A stretch of DNA of 62,519 nt, counting the filler. It is 13 parts of 13 records of this genome, joined end to end, with 100 filler letters (N's around TTAATTAATTAA, not from the genome) between each part and the next. Parts side by side here need not be neighbours in the genome. Positions count along the whole stretch, not along the records: positions 34,800 to 41,768 come from SRR9188676_2893; positions 41,869 to 45,247 come from SRR9188676_2900; positions 45,348 to 56,122 come from SRR9188676_2910; 10 more parts are not named here. One strand, written 5' to 3'. Shown in pieces: positions 36,271 to 47,389 of this stretch. Position 1 is the stretch's first letter, and every line of letters starts with the position of its first letter. Under the pieces are notes generated by a model. That model was not told the origin of the DNA, searched no databases, and worked only from the letters and a program-made list of their open reading frames with translations. Made by a program: the position numbers and the translations under genes.

Positions 36271-39200
36271 ATGAATAGTCTTGCAAAAGGAGAAAGTTCG
36301 AGTCGTCTTTCTCAGGCACATTATCAGCCTTATCCTTTCTTGCCCAGTGAAAATTCTCATGTAGATTCTCCAGCACCAACCTCTCGCGCGTTGGGCAACA
36401 TGCAAGCCCGGACTCCGCTTGTTTCTGATCTGCTCAGACATTCTCTCTCATATCAATCAACGGCTCCCTCTCATCGAAGCTATTCTCCTGCCCATTCCGT
36501 TCTATTAACTCGTCCCTCTGAGCTTGATTTTCCAATAACCGCAAAATCGCCATTGTCTTCGAGCAGGTCGTCTGGAAGAAGCTCTCTTTCCTCATCCGAG
36601 CATTATTATCAACAGCATGGATACACATCAGTAACAAAACAACCTTCTCCAGAAAAAGTGAAGCCTGCTCTTCATTTCCCTCGTCCATCTCAAACGCTCC
36701 ACAATCCTGATCATCAAGAAAATTCAGATTATTCACAACCAGATTCAGTCCGCTCATATTCAACCATTGATTTAGAGCAGGAGACATGTGATTTCTCTCT
36801 CTCTTTATCCGAATTAATTGGTCTCCCATCCCAGACTCAAGAAAATCACACCAAATACTCATCGAGAGACAATCAAGCATCCTCTTGGTCAAGTTCCCCA
36901 AACAAGGCATGGAATGAACCCACACAAATCGTAGACGCTAATAGCCCATTTTCTTCTCCTGTGCTCGAACATTCTCGTCCTTACATTTCTCCATCACGTT
37001 CCACATCGCATGACTTCGCATTTCAAGCCCTCTGTAGCATTGCGAGTGCTGAAACCTTGGCTCAATCTCACATGGATATTCACACTCCATTGATGCAAAG
37101 CCATGATGTATCACGGTACGAGACTACTCCTGAAAGAAAAACACCCCTCGCTAACTTCAACAACCGTCACAGTAATGGAGCCAATGGCTTCCAAGGTCAG
37201 ACCACACATACTGCTGTAAGAAAAGCTATTTTGATTCCTAGTTCTGAGTCCAAATCGAGTCTGATGCCGGAGCGGGGAATGAATGGATCAGTCAGGAGTA
37301 CACCGTTGGTTGAAAAGCACAACCGCTCGCCTTCATTCCAGACCACCACGCCAAGTCCAAGTCACCATCAGCATCACAAGTACCGACATACCCAGCAATG
37401 TCAGCTACATCATTATCAGAATCACTACAATCAACAACACTACCAGAATGGTACGGCGATAATGCCTGCATTTGAAAACGGAGTGAATCACCCTCACTCT
37501 TCTCCCGACGGCTTGGCCTCTGACCGTCATAAACTCGCTTTTGCGGCTGAAAAACGTATGACAGCCAGTCATCACCCCGACAGTAGCAATACAATGGTGA
37601 TGAACACCACCTCACCTGTACAATCATCATTATTATTGAACCAAAATCACTTTCCATCATTGAATCATAACCAGACCCCATTATTGAACCAAAGTCCGAG
37701 TCACAATTACACTCAACTTACCCAGAATCAGAGCCATAGTCATCATCATGGACATAATCATAGTCCAGTCTACACCTCTCCTCCTACAGAGAGGAAAACA
37801 AAAACTTCTCACAACATGCACCAAACTCCAGCAGGCAGACTTAGCGAGGACTATATGGTCGAGCAAATCCTCGCAAAGGCTCTGTATCCATCCCAACGAA
37901 GAAGAGATTATTTGGGCTACAACCATTCCCATTCACAGCCACTTAGCGAACGCTCTACAGATCCACATTATCGATCAAGTCCATCTCCCTACATCCAGGA
38001 GCCTGCTATCAGTACCACTTCACGTTCTGATGTCACTCCGGTTTACGATCCAACAATACCATCGATCCATCCTCATGACTCGTATCTCGTTCCAACTCAG
38101 AGGTCCACGCCTGCACATTTCTCTCCTCCACCGACCAGCACACCCATATTCACACCTACACCCGCACCTACACCCACATCCAATTCCTCGTTGACATCAT
38201 CATCTAGACCTTCAGGCATTTCCGAAATCATCAAGAAAGCCTTCAAGCGGAAAGGATCAGGTCGCGCAGTCAAACCGCCAAACATTATGACCCATGAACC
38301 AATCTCATACCAATCTGCCCCGCAAGTATCAGCCCCTTCCTCAGCATTTCCTACGCACACACAGAATACCATTAATGTCACTTCTGATACCCTCTCCCTC
38401 ACCACACCCACCCCAATCCAACCGACCACAACCCCCACTTCCCACCCAGTACCCAAACGAAGAGCACCAGTCAAGAACCGTAAATATTATCCCGTGAAAA
38501 CCGAAGACACAATCACTACCACCACGACGAATCCAACCATTTCTAATCATCTTCATTCCAATGCTCGACCACATAATTTCTCCTCTCTCCTCCCATCCAC
38601 GACGATTTCACCCACTGTTCCTGTTTCAAACCAACCACTCAGATGCAAGAGTCACCCCAGTATTAGTCCTGATCCCACGAATCCCTCTGAGAGCTGTGAG
38701 GTGAGGTTAAACAAGCGCATCTCTCGCAAGAAAGTACGAAGCTCGGACTTGGAAAATCCTCTTCCCATACAAAGTACCAGCATAAAAAAAATATCCATTA
38801 AGCTTGAAACCTCACGATTACACGAGCAAATATTCAAAACAACTGGACGGAGAGGAGTGGGCGGAAAACCTCCGATTCCAATTTCAACCAAGCTCGCAAA
38901 ATCCACAACGAAAGTTTCATCTCTCTCTCGCAAAGGGAAAAAGCTCCCTTGCTCTCCAAAGGCCGAACCTCAATCAACCAACAAAGCCAATCACTCAGAC
39001 CTATCCATACGCCCCCCCACCCCCACTCCACGGACACGGACACCCACACCTACTCCCTCGATCCCTGCATCTCCTGCACTTTCCCAGTCTTCCACTACCA
39101 ACTCTCTACCACTGTTCACTGGGCCGTATTTCTCCCCATGCGGCACAGGCACTGGTTCAGAAAATAATGATTACTTGATAATGGACAATGATAATCTCGA

Positions 39201-41687
39201 TAATTTTCCCAAGAAACCGAACGCACGGAAACGGAAAATGTCTCAGAAAGCGAAGAACAATCCAGAGTACTCCAAGATGTGCAAACGCAATGTGCAATCA
39301 GAATCTGAAAGTGAGCTGGATTGCTTGTCACAGCATGAGGATGAGATAGTAGAAGAAAAATCGAAAGTGAGGAAGATCGAGGAGCCAGGCACTCCCGAGG
39401 AAGCGTCTGATGAAGAGCCTTTGCCGGTCCCGAATAGCATTGAAACGGACACCGACAACTTCTGTATGTGATGTTGTGATTTTCAAATGTCATTTTTATT
39501 TTCCACTTTCCTTTCCCTTCTGCTTGTCCTTTTCCTTCCCCCTCTATTTTTTTTTCTCTCTCTCGGTTATTTTTAAGTAATCTCATTTTCCTGGATCAAT
39601 TTGGCCCATTGATCTTTCTTTCTTGTCCACGGAAGAGCCTCACATCAGAATACATCATCCGTAACTCCCTCTATATATGCTAGGATGAAATAACTATTCG
39701 CGCTCTGAATAGAAACGGTGGTCAGAACTGACTCATTTATCGTTTTTTTTCATGTTCAGTGGTGCTCCGGTCCATGCTGCGTCTGTTAACTCCGCAGAAA
39801 TCACGAGGTAATCCATTTTTTCGAACCTTCCTGTCACTTCGGAGTCTCCTCTGTCCTTCATTCCCGCTTTTTCATGACACTTTACCATCATCTGCTCGAT
39901 CTCTCACCCTCTTCTAGTCTACACTGTATCGACGCACCGATCTATTTCGACCTTCCATTCCTACCCTAGTATAACACTCTGCTCACCTTTCCTCTCTTCT
40001 CTTTGATCTCTCACACTCATATACACACACGTACATACACTCTCACTCTTCATGGCCTGCAGACGAGGCATGCCACTGCCACCAGGGGCACGACATCCTG
40101 AAGACGCGCCTGCATGACGAGGCATACTCCATGACGTTCCCGATGAGTGCGCGCACAAACGGCCGCCAAAAGCGGTTCAGCAACAAGACTCTCAAGCAAT
40201 ACGTGCAGGGCGTGCTGCACTATGTCTTGGATGAAATATGCAGGTGGGTACTACTACTATTCACCCTTTCCTCATTACATGTCCATCTGTTGCGTCATTT
40301 TGGCGACGAATGTTCTGAAAATTGAATTAATAGTAACAGTTACAGCACACATGAAATAATCAGCAATTGAAGATCGTGTCCTACATTCAGTGTTGGAAAA
40401 GAGATCTTATGTATACATGGGACGTTCTTTGAGATTCGGGCCAGTGGATCAGATAATCTCGAGCAATCAGGCGTCTAACATGAATCCGGATGGTATATCT
40501 TTCTCAAAGGTTGGCTATTCCCACAGGTTATAGAGCTCTCACATACCCCTTCCAAGTGAGCTGAAATGCGATCACCAATCTAACCCATGCTGGTAGGCGT
40601 GAAACTTATCTCTACTCACGATAATTCTGTGGGAGATGCGGCATTCTCATATCCTTTTCTTTTCTCGGTTCCTATTTCAGAGAGGACGCTCGGACGTTTT
40701 TCTTGAACCCCGTCAGCGAAGCCGAGGCGCCTGGGTACTCTGACTTCGTGGAGACTCCCATAGACCTGACTACTATCCGCAACCGCGTCAACCGTGACCA
40801 TTACCGGTGTCTAGCCAGGTTCAAGGTCTGCTCGGTTTCTATTTATGTATCACTGGTCGACTTTTTGTATCCCTAATTGTACTCCAGTGCATATTATTTA
40901 CACAACCCTAAATGACAGAAATTTTGGTACTGTAGAATTGACACTGAGAGTAGAATGGAGCGAATGGAATGTATTCATAGCTGATAGAATATGAAGGCTG
41001 GAATAGAATCATTTTCTTCAACACCACGAGCAAATTTGGCTTCCCTGCTGCCTGTGTATGTATATCTGACATTGTCTCCATTCTGGGCTGATCTCTTTAC
41101 CTCTCTGCATGTGGTCTCCCTCTATTCGCTGCCCGTAACTACGCCTGCAGGACGATGTACGATTGGTGTTTGACAATGCCATGAGCTACAACTCAGTGAA
41201 CACACAGTATTTTCAAGAGGCGCTACGGCTGTATGACTGGATGACCTCCCTCATTGAAATCGTTAGCTACTCCCTGCCCGAAACGTTCCTCTTCCCAGGT
41301 ACTTACCTTCTCACCCATTTCCCTCGAATGATATCTTTCAAACATTGCACTGGTTTTGCTAGCGTAGCCATCACACATAGGATGACCTCTTGTTTCCTAG
41401 TGAATTCGGGAGAGTAATAGGATGATGAGAGACAATTTGGCATTCGGAAATTGATCGGCATATATATATTTCCTTCTATCTCTTTCTCTCTCTTCGCAGA
41501 AGCAGGCATAGATGCAGTCGGGTGGGAGTGCGACGGAGACGGATCAGACAGCGAGGACGAAGACGAACGCAAGAAAGCGGTGCCAGACCATGCCACGGAG
41601 GGCTGTGCCCGCATGGTGCCGTTCAACAGGATAGCCGCCTACAGGAAGATCCCCGAGTATCCAGTGCGAGGCGTGCACCCTTGTCTC
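36271..41687 (+). CDS. Bromodomain-containing chromatin protein with >1000-aa low-complexity N-terminus, 3'-truncated
   Basis: A 3.2-kb first exon splices in frame to exons encoding FFLNPVSEAEAPGYSDFVETPIDLTTIRNRV...Y...FK/DDVRLVFDNAMSYN (acetyl-lysine-binding Asn intact). Confidence 0.9.
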
Positions 41688-41868
41688 GTACGTGCCGAGT
41701 AGCCGTGTGATTCCCCAGCTTGTCATTTCTGCTCGACCTGTTGGGATATTTTAGCAATAGATTATGCGNNNNNNNNNNNNNNNNNNNNNNNNNNNNNNNN
41801 NNNNNNNNNNNNTTAATTAATTAANNNNNNNNNNNNNNNNNNNNNNNNNNNNNNNNNNNNNNNNNNNN

Positions 41869-41898
41869 CATCCCAGTATCCCACAGCGAAAATGCCTG
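41869..41898 (+). repeat. 30-bp direct repeat at both contig ends (second copy 45218-45247)
   Basis: CATCCCAGTATCCCACAGCGAAAATGCCTG is identical in the first and last 30 nt of the contig. Confidence 0.95.
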
Positions 41899-42112
41899 GG
41901 TATATGTCACGTATCCCGTATCCCGGGTCGAATTTTTCAGAAAATAAAAAGCACAACAGCAGCACCACCATGTCTGTCTCTTCCTCATCTTCCTAAACGA
42001 ACAAATCAAGACTGACTTTTTTCGAGCCTGTTGGAGTCGAATGCATCGAAGAAAGAATTCCTGAAGCCTACGGTTTCCAGATGGGGAAACTTTGTAAACC
42101 TTTCTGAACCGA

Positions 42113-44762
42113 ATGGATGAACTGGCTCCTGACCTCAATGACAGCATGTGGTATTCTGTTGTGCTTCTAGCACTCCTTGGCAGCGCCGTATTTGCCTATA
42201 TTTATATATTAAAAGCAGAGCTACTAAAGACTCGAAAAAAGTACTCGCTTCTCAAGAAATATAACAAGCGGGTGATTCAGGCGATCGGCCAGAGACCCGA
42301 TGGAGCGATTACAGGAGCATCATATCCCATTCCTCAGGCCCATAGCCGCACTGGTAATCTTATAGTACCTATTACCTATAATTGTGACTCATTTTACTTG
42401 TATAGATGCCGCTTTACTTCGCTTTGGTGAGGTGATCCTTAAAGAGTATATTCATTCGTGGTTTTTCAGACTCAGCACCGATACACAGCTGCCAAATACT
42501 ATCAACTATGCATTCTATATGGCCGCGAGAGAAATTATGACGCGCGTGAAGCGGCTGAATCTCGCTTCGTTCGCCATTCATTGCAGCACACGAATCATTC
42601 TGGTTCATTTGAAGAATTACCGGGAATGTAAAGCCAAAATCATTTCCAAATTCCCTGATTTTCTCCGCTGGGATGTATCCCAACGAGAACGAGCGATCCT
42701 CCATGAAATGAAACGAGCGTAAGCATCCGATGAAATTTTCTGTGAATGATTCAATGAATTTCTTTACTTATGTTTCCTTTTCTCGCTATATATATAGTGG
42801 AAAGCTGCATATTGGCGTCATTGGCTATGAAGATGTCTATCTTCGGACTGTCACGGACCATATTCTGTCTCAGGTGACACCTCAGCGTGAATGGAGTTCT
42901 CTGGCCGTTCGAGCATTATTGCGAGAAATTGTTGCATTTACAGTCCTTCGAAATGTCGCAGGTCTTATCCAGCCCAAGCACATGAACTCTTTGATCATTC
43001 AGGTTCGTGTTTCAGAGTGATTTGTGTTGCCGCATCATCATGATATTAGTTAGGAGCCTTTACCTGTGTTCGGAAATGATGTCTGAAGATCCCTTCATTG
43101 GATATCATAATTTTCTACCCATTATGAGCTTCAATATACGAATATTACTGATTTACCTGTGAGGCGGTGATTTAATTTAATTTTCTCCAAGGATTTAATT
43201 CGAAGGGGACTTTCTTCGAGCCTAATCCACGCCTCTCCTCTCGCACTCGCCACATACTCTCTCTCTTTTTCCTCCTCCCCCTCCCCGACCTATGACTCTT
43301 TTCAAAACAGCTCCTTTCCACGACACCAAACCCTCCACCAGGCATGTCACAGGACGCGAATTCCTCCGAACAAAGCAACAGCTCTGGTCATCCTAATATG
43401 CCAACCACACCGAACCGCCGCGGGGCCGGTACTGGTGCCGTTCCGCCCGTGACCCTTACGGACCTCGGCACGGCGAGAGGTCACCTCCGATCCCGAACCG
43501 AGCGCCGAGAGGGCGTATTACGTGCGTCCCTTCGCTCAGGTCGACTACAACAAAGATCTCATCGCACTATTCTCCATCACTTAACCCCTGGATCACACCG
43601 TCACGCTGCAAACATAGGCATTGGTAGTACAGGGATTGGCACCCCCCCAACAGGCTCAGAACAACTCATGGCTCATTATTACGAGTCCAATCGGAACCGT
43701 GGCTCTAGTTCAGCCTCGGAGAGGTCCGGACCTGGCTCGCCCTCTAGACAGGGGGGGGTTTACCCTGCACCACCACAACCACGCACCCCTTCACATCGAG
43801 GCCAGGACCTAGAAAGTACCAATGCAGGTATGGGTATGGCGACAGATGCGGGTATGGATGGTCAGGGTCATCAGCAACAGCAGCAACATATAGCACAGAT
43901 GCATGCGTCGCGCCAGCGTGCCCCGCAATGCCCCAAGATGACCATAGGCACCTGGTTGAGCCTGCTTGAACAAGAGGTTCGTCAATACACTTTCATTCTC
44001 GTTAAAACCAATGTGGGCAAAATCAAAATGGATGAAAAATGTCTTTGTGACAATGCAGGGTTCGGTATCCGTGCGTTTTTTCCTCAACATCTCCCTGTGT
44101 GTCATGTAGGACATTTATACTATTGGACATTATACTCATTATAGGCTTGCTTATTTATGATAGTGGTAGTATGATATTTTGATTCTTTCACTTCACTGAT
44201 TTTTTTTTGTTTGTTGGATGAATGATCTGGTCCCTCTTCAGCAAGCGCTTGACCACGGGCTAAGCCGAATTCGAGGCAAAAACCACACCATCGCACACAA
44301 CATTCTGATGAGTCATAGCCAGGACCAGCACACCCATGACAGTCTGTGCCGCCTGCTTGAGACCAGTAACCGCATCTTGGGTACCAACCCACTTAGTACC
44401 ACTTTCAGCCCGACTAGTTCCGGCTTTGGACCCGCTGGTGCCACCCCCCAGATCACCACACCCCCTCTCTCCACAACAACTTCCGATCAGACTTCAACGG
44501 ACGAATCCACGTCCGTTACATCCAGTTCCGTTGCGTCCGTTATGTATCCTGATGTTTTGGATCCTACATCTGGATCTGGATCTGCCACGTCACGTCAAAA
44601 CAACCCAGGTCTCATCAGCCTCGTGCGGTTCCCGTTCGAGAATGTCTATGCGTGTGTGATATGTGGGAAAATTGTGAATACCGGACCGGATGTGAGCTCC
44701 AGCTTTGTCCTGTATGAGATCTCCGTATCCACTCCTAAGGCCAGGTGGATTATCTACAGAAG
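42113..44762 (+). CDS. PXA- and PX-domain sorting nexin (SNX13/14/19/25, Mdm1 family), 3'-truncated
   Basis: N-terminal TM helix; PXA (ILKEYIHSWFFRLSTD...EDVYLRTVTDHIL...VRALLREIVA...PKHMNSLII); start of PX (FVLYEISVSTPKARWIIYRR). Confidence 0.88.
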
Positions 44763-45347
44763 GTTCGTAGTTGTCAGGAGAGAGAACAATAAAATATTTT
44801 CCGCAATTGTGAGCGGGAGGAGCATTACATGTGGTGATGTGTGGTGTAGACTCGAAAATGATGAGAGAATAATACTCCCACAGTTATTTTCTCAGGTTCG
44901 GCTTCCTATCAACAGAAAAAAAAATGCATTTTGTCGATGTAGAAATCTTGTATCGACGCTGAAGGTTCTCATTCCGCTGTTGTTTTTCCGTCATTACTTC
45001 ATTCTATTTCATGGATTCAGACGATTTTGAACTGCTGCATCAGTGTGTCATGTATTGTAGCTGTTTTACAATGATCAGGGAAGAAACACAAGATGAATGT
45101 CGGAGCAAACACAATCTCGAGGGCAATTTGTTTTTTCTTAAATATTCACTCTATGGAGGTAGAAATTCTGAACTTTCACCCTATCTCGCTTCTTCTTTTT
45201 CTTTTCCCCCGTTACATCATCCCAGTATCCCACAGCGAAAATGCCTGNNNNNNNNNNNNNNNNNNNNNNNNNNNNNNNNNNNNNNNNNNNNTTAATTAAT
45301 TAANNNNNNNNNNNNNNNNNNNNNNNNNNNNNNNNNNNNNNNNNNNN

Positions 45348-45518
45348 ACGGCCACCAGCTGCCGCGCCGACGAGCACGAGGAGATTGTTGCCGCCGTGAA
45401 CCGCGGCGACGCCGCGCGCGCCGAGAAGCTCATGCTGCATCACCTCGACCACATCGAGCAGAGCCTGAAGCTGGACGACAGCGCGGAAGAGGTCGATCTC
45501 GAAAGCGTGTTCAGCTGA
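45348..45518 (+). CDS. GntR-family regulator, FCD-domain C-terminal fragment (bacterial)
   Basis: SCRADEHEEIVAAVNRGDAARAEKLMLHHLDHIEQSL...*. Confidence 0.8.
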   Translation, partial: TATSCRADEHEEIVAAVNRGDAARAEKLMLHHLDHIEQSLKLDDSAEEVDLESVFS

Positions 45519-45591
45519 ACCGGAGGAGGTCGGGCAATGGCATGCCCGATGTCCGCAAGGCACAGGCAGACCCATTGCGGGTGCCCAACAA

Positions 45592-45627
45592 ACAAAAAGC
45601 CCCAGCAGCTTGGCAGCTACTGGGGCA
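45592..45627 (-). terminator. Intrinsic terminator downstream of tRNA-Ser
   Basis: Hairpin GCCCCAGCAGCT-TGGC-AGCTACTGGGGC followed by a T-run on the minus strand. Confidence 0.75.
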
Positions 45628-45633
45628 TCGTTT

Positions 45634-45724
45634 TGGCGGAGCAGGCGGGATTCGAACCCGCGGAGGGCTATTAACCCTCACACGCTTTCCAGGCGTGCGA
45701 CTTAAACCGCTCATCCACCGCTCC
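45634..45724 (-). tRNA. tRNA-Ser(GGA)
   Basis: GGAGCGGTGGATGAGCGGTTTAAGTCGCACGCCTGGAAAGCGTG...long variable arm...GGGTTCGAATCCCGCCTGCTCCGCCA; anticodon GGA, encoded CCA. Confidence 0.97.
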
Positions 45725-45759
45725 TGAGCCCACGATTGTAGCGCGGGTTTTCAGCCGTT

Positions 45760-46689
45760 TCAGTTCGGGCCGGCGCTTTTCCCGGTTTGGATCATGCGCA
45801 TGGCCGACGAGATCAGCGCCGCCGTCTCGGTCATGTTGCTCGGCACGATGAGCGTGGTCTTCGAGTCGGCGGCCACCTTGCCGTAGGCATCGACGGCACG
45901 CTCGGCCACCTTCAGCTGCACGGCCTGCTCGCCGCCCGGCTGGCGGATGGCGGCGGCCACGCGCTCGATGGCGTCTGCGGTGGCGGTGGCCACGGCCGTG
46001 ATGGCAGCGGCTTCACCTTGCGCGTTGTTGATCTGCGCCTGCTTCTCGCCTTCCGAGCGGGCAATGAAGGCTTCGCGTTCGCCGGTGGCGATGTTGATCT
46101 GTTCCTGGCGACGGCCTTCCGAGGCGGCGATGAGCGCGCGCTTGCCGCGTTCGGCCGTGATCTGTGCCTGCATGGCCAAGAGGATTTCCTTGGGCGGCGT
46201 CAGGTCCTTGATTTCGTAGCGCAGCACCTTCACGCCCCAGTTGAGCGCGGCCTCGTCGATGGCTGCCACGACCTGGGCGTTGATCACGTCGCGCTCTTCG
46301 AAGGTCTTGTCGAGCTCGAGCTTGCCGATCACGCTGCGCAGCGAGGTCTGCGCGAGCTGGGTCACGGCCACGATGTAGTTCGACGAGCCGTAGCTGGCGC
46401 GCATCGGGTCGGTCACCTGGAAGTACAGGATGCCGTCGACCTGCAGCTGCGTGTTGTCGCGCGTGATGCAGATCTGGCTGGGCACGTCGAGCGGGATTTC
46501 CTTCAGGCTGTGCTTGTAGGCCACGCGGTCGATGAACGGGATCAGGAAGTTCGGGCCGGGCGTCATGGTGCCGTGGTACTTGCCCAGGCGCTCGCGCACC
46601 CATGCGTTCTGCTGCGGCACGAACTTGACCGACTGGCTGATGAAGATGATCGCGATGACCAGGATGATGAGAGGAACTGAAAATTCCAT
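45760..46689 (-). CDS. qmcA: SPFH/band-7 (stomatin-like, QmcA) membrane protein
   Basis: VPQQNAWVRERLGKY, ITRDN, AQTSLRSVIGKLELDKTFEER, WGVKVLRYEIKD. Likely start MEFSV at 46689. Confidence 0.93.
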   Translation of the reverse strand: MEFSVPLIILVIAIIFISQSVKFVPQQNAWVRERLGKYHGTMTPGPNFLIPFIDRVAYKHSLKEIPLDVPSQICITRDNTQLQVDGILYFQVTDPMRASYGSSNYIVAVTQLAQTSLRSVIGKLELDKTFEERDVINAQVVAAIDEAALNWGVKVLRYEIKDLTPPKEILLAMQAQITAERGKRALIAASEGRRQEQINIATGEREAFIARSEGEKQAQINNAQGEAAAITAVATATADAIERVAAAIRQPGGEQAVQLKVAERAVDAYGKVAADSKTTLIVPSNMTETAALISSAMRMIQTGKSAGPN

Positions 46690-46747
46690 GGTGTTGCTTC
46701 CTTTTCGAATGCGTTTTTCTGACTGACCGATTGAACTTTTAGATCTG

Positions 46748-47173
46748 CTAGATCTTGTCGACCACGAGGCGGCTGCCGACCACCTCGACCACGCGGTGTT
46801 CGCCGGTGGAGGGCGCATGGCCCGCGCGCAGCACGACGGTCCATTGCGAGCCGCGGTAGCGCACGGTGGCGGTGCCGTCGAGGTTCCAGGCATCGACGTA
46901 CACGCTCTCGCCGATGTCCAGGTTGAGGTCGCGGTTGGCCTCGCTGGAGGGCTCGGCAGGGCGGTTGCGGCGGATCAGGTACCAGGTCACGACCGCGCCC
47001 ACGCCGACCACGGCGGCCACCAGCAGCTGCGTGACGAGGCTGAAGCCCAGATGCGCGGCGATGGCTGCGGCGGCGAAGCCGGCGGCCAGCAGCAGCAGGT
47101 ACACCGTGCCGGACAACAACTCGGCCACGATGGCCGCGCCTGCGATCAACCACCAGAAGGTGGGATTTCCCAT
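46748..47173 (-). CDS. NfeD-family (YbbJ-like) membrane protein
   Basis: Hydrophobic N-terminus plus C-terminal OB-like region (VRYRGSQW...VVEVVGSRLVV); usual partner of SPFH genes. Confidence 0.9.
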   Translation of the reverse strand: MGNPTFWWLIAGAAIVAELLSGTVYLLLLAAGFAAAAIAAHLGFSLVTQLLVAAVVGVGAVVTWYLIRRNRPAEPSSEANRDLNLDIGESVYVDAWNLDGTATVRYRGSQWTVVLRAGHAPSTGEHRVVEVVGSRLVVDKI

Positions 47174-47389
47174 GGCAACTCCTCTCTTCTTTTGTTACTT
47201 GGACCTTCGCCATTCTGCGGCATGGCGCGCCATGCGCCTGTGTCGCGTAGGGATATGGCGCCCGCTGGGGCTGCTTGGGCCGGCGTGCCCTGCGGGGCTT
47301 GCAGGCGCCCGACGCAATCCGTCATCCGAATTCCGTACACTTCGCGCCTCGCTCATTGCCTGTCTGACTGCCTGTCCGGAGCCCCGCTC

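Noticed and set aside
1..45247. Alternative genetic code or non-canonical introns suggested by fragmented ORFs
   Set aside because: The gene models I reconstructed close with GT-AG introns and end in standard stops (TAA/TAG); no in-frame stops remain except in the hAT pseudogene.
45248..45400. Bacteria-to-eukaryote transfer junction
   Set aside because: The sequences are separated by an artificial spacer; there is no physical linkage.
45634..45760. tRNA-Ser as an integration site for an island or prophage
   Set aside because: No integrase or duplicated tRNA 3' end nearby; flanks are ordinary chromosomal genes.
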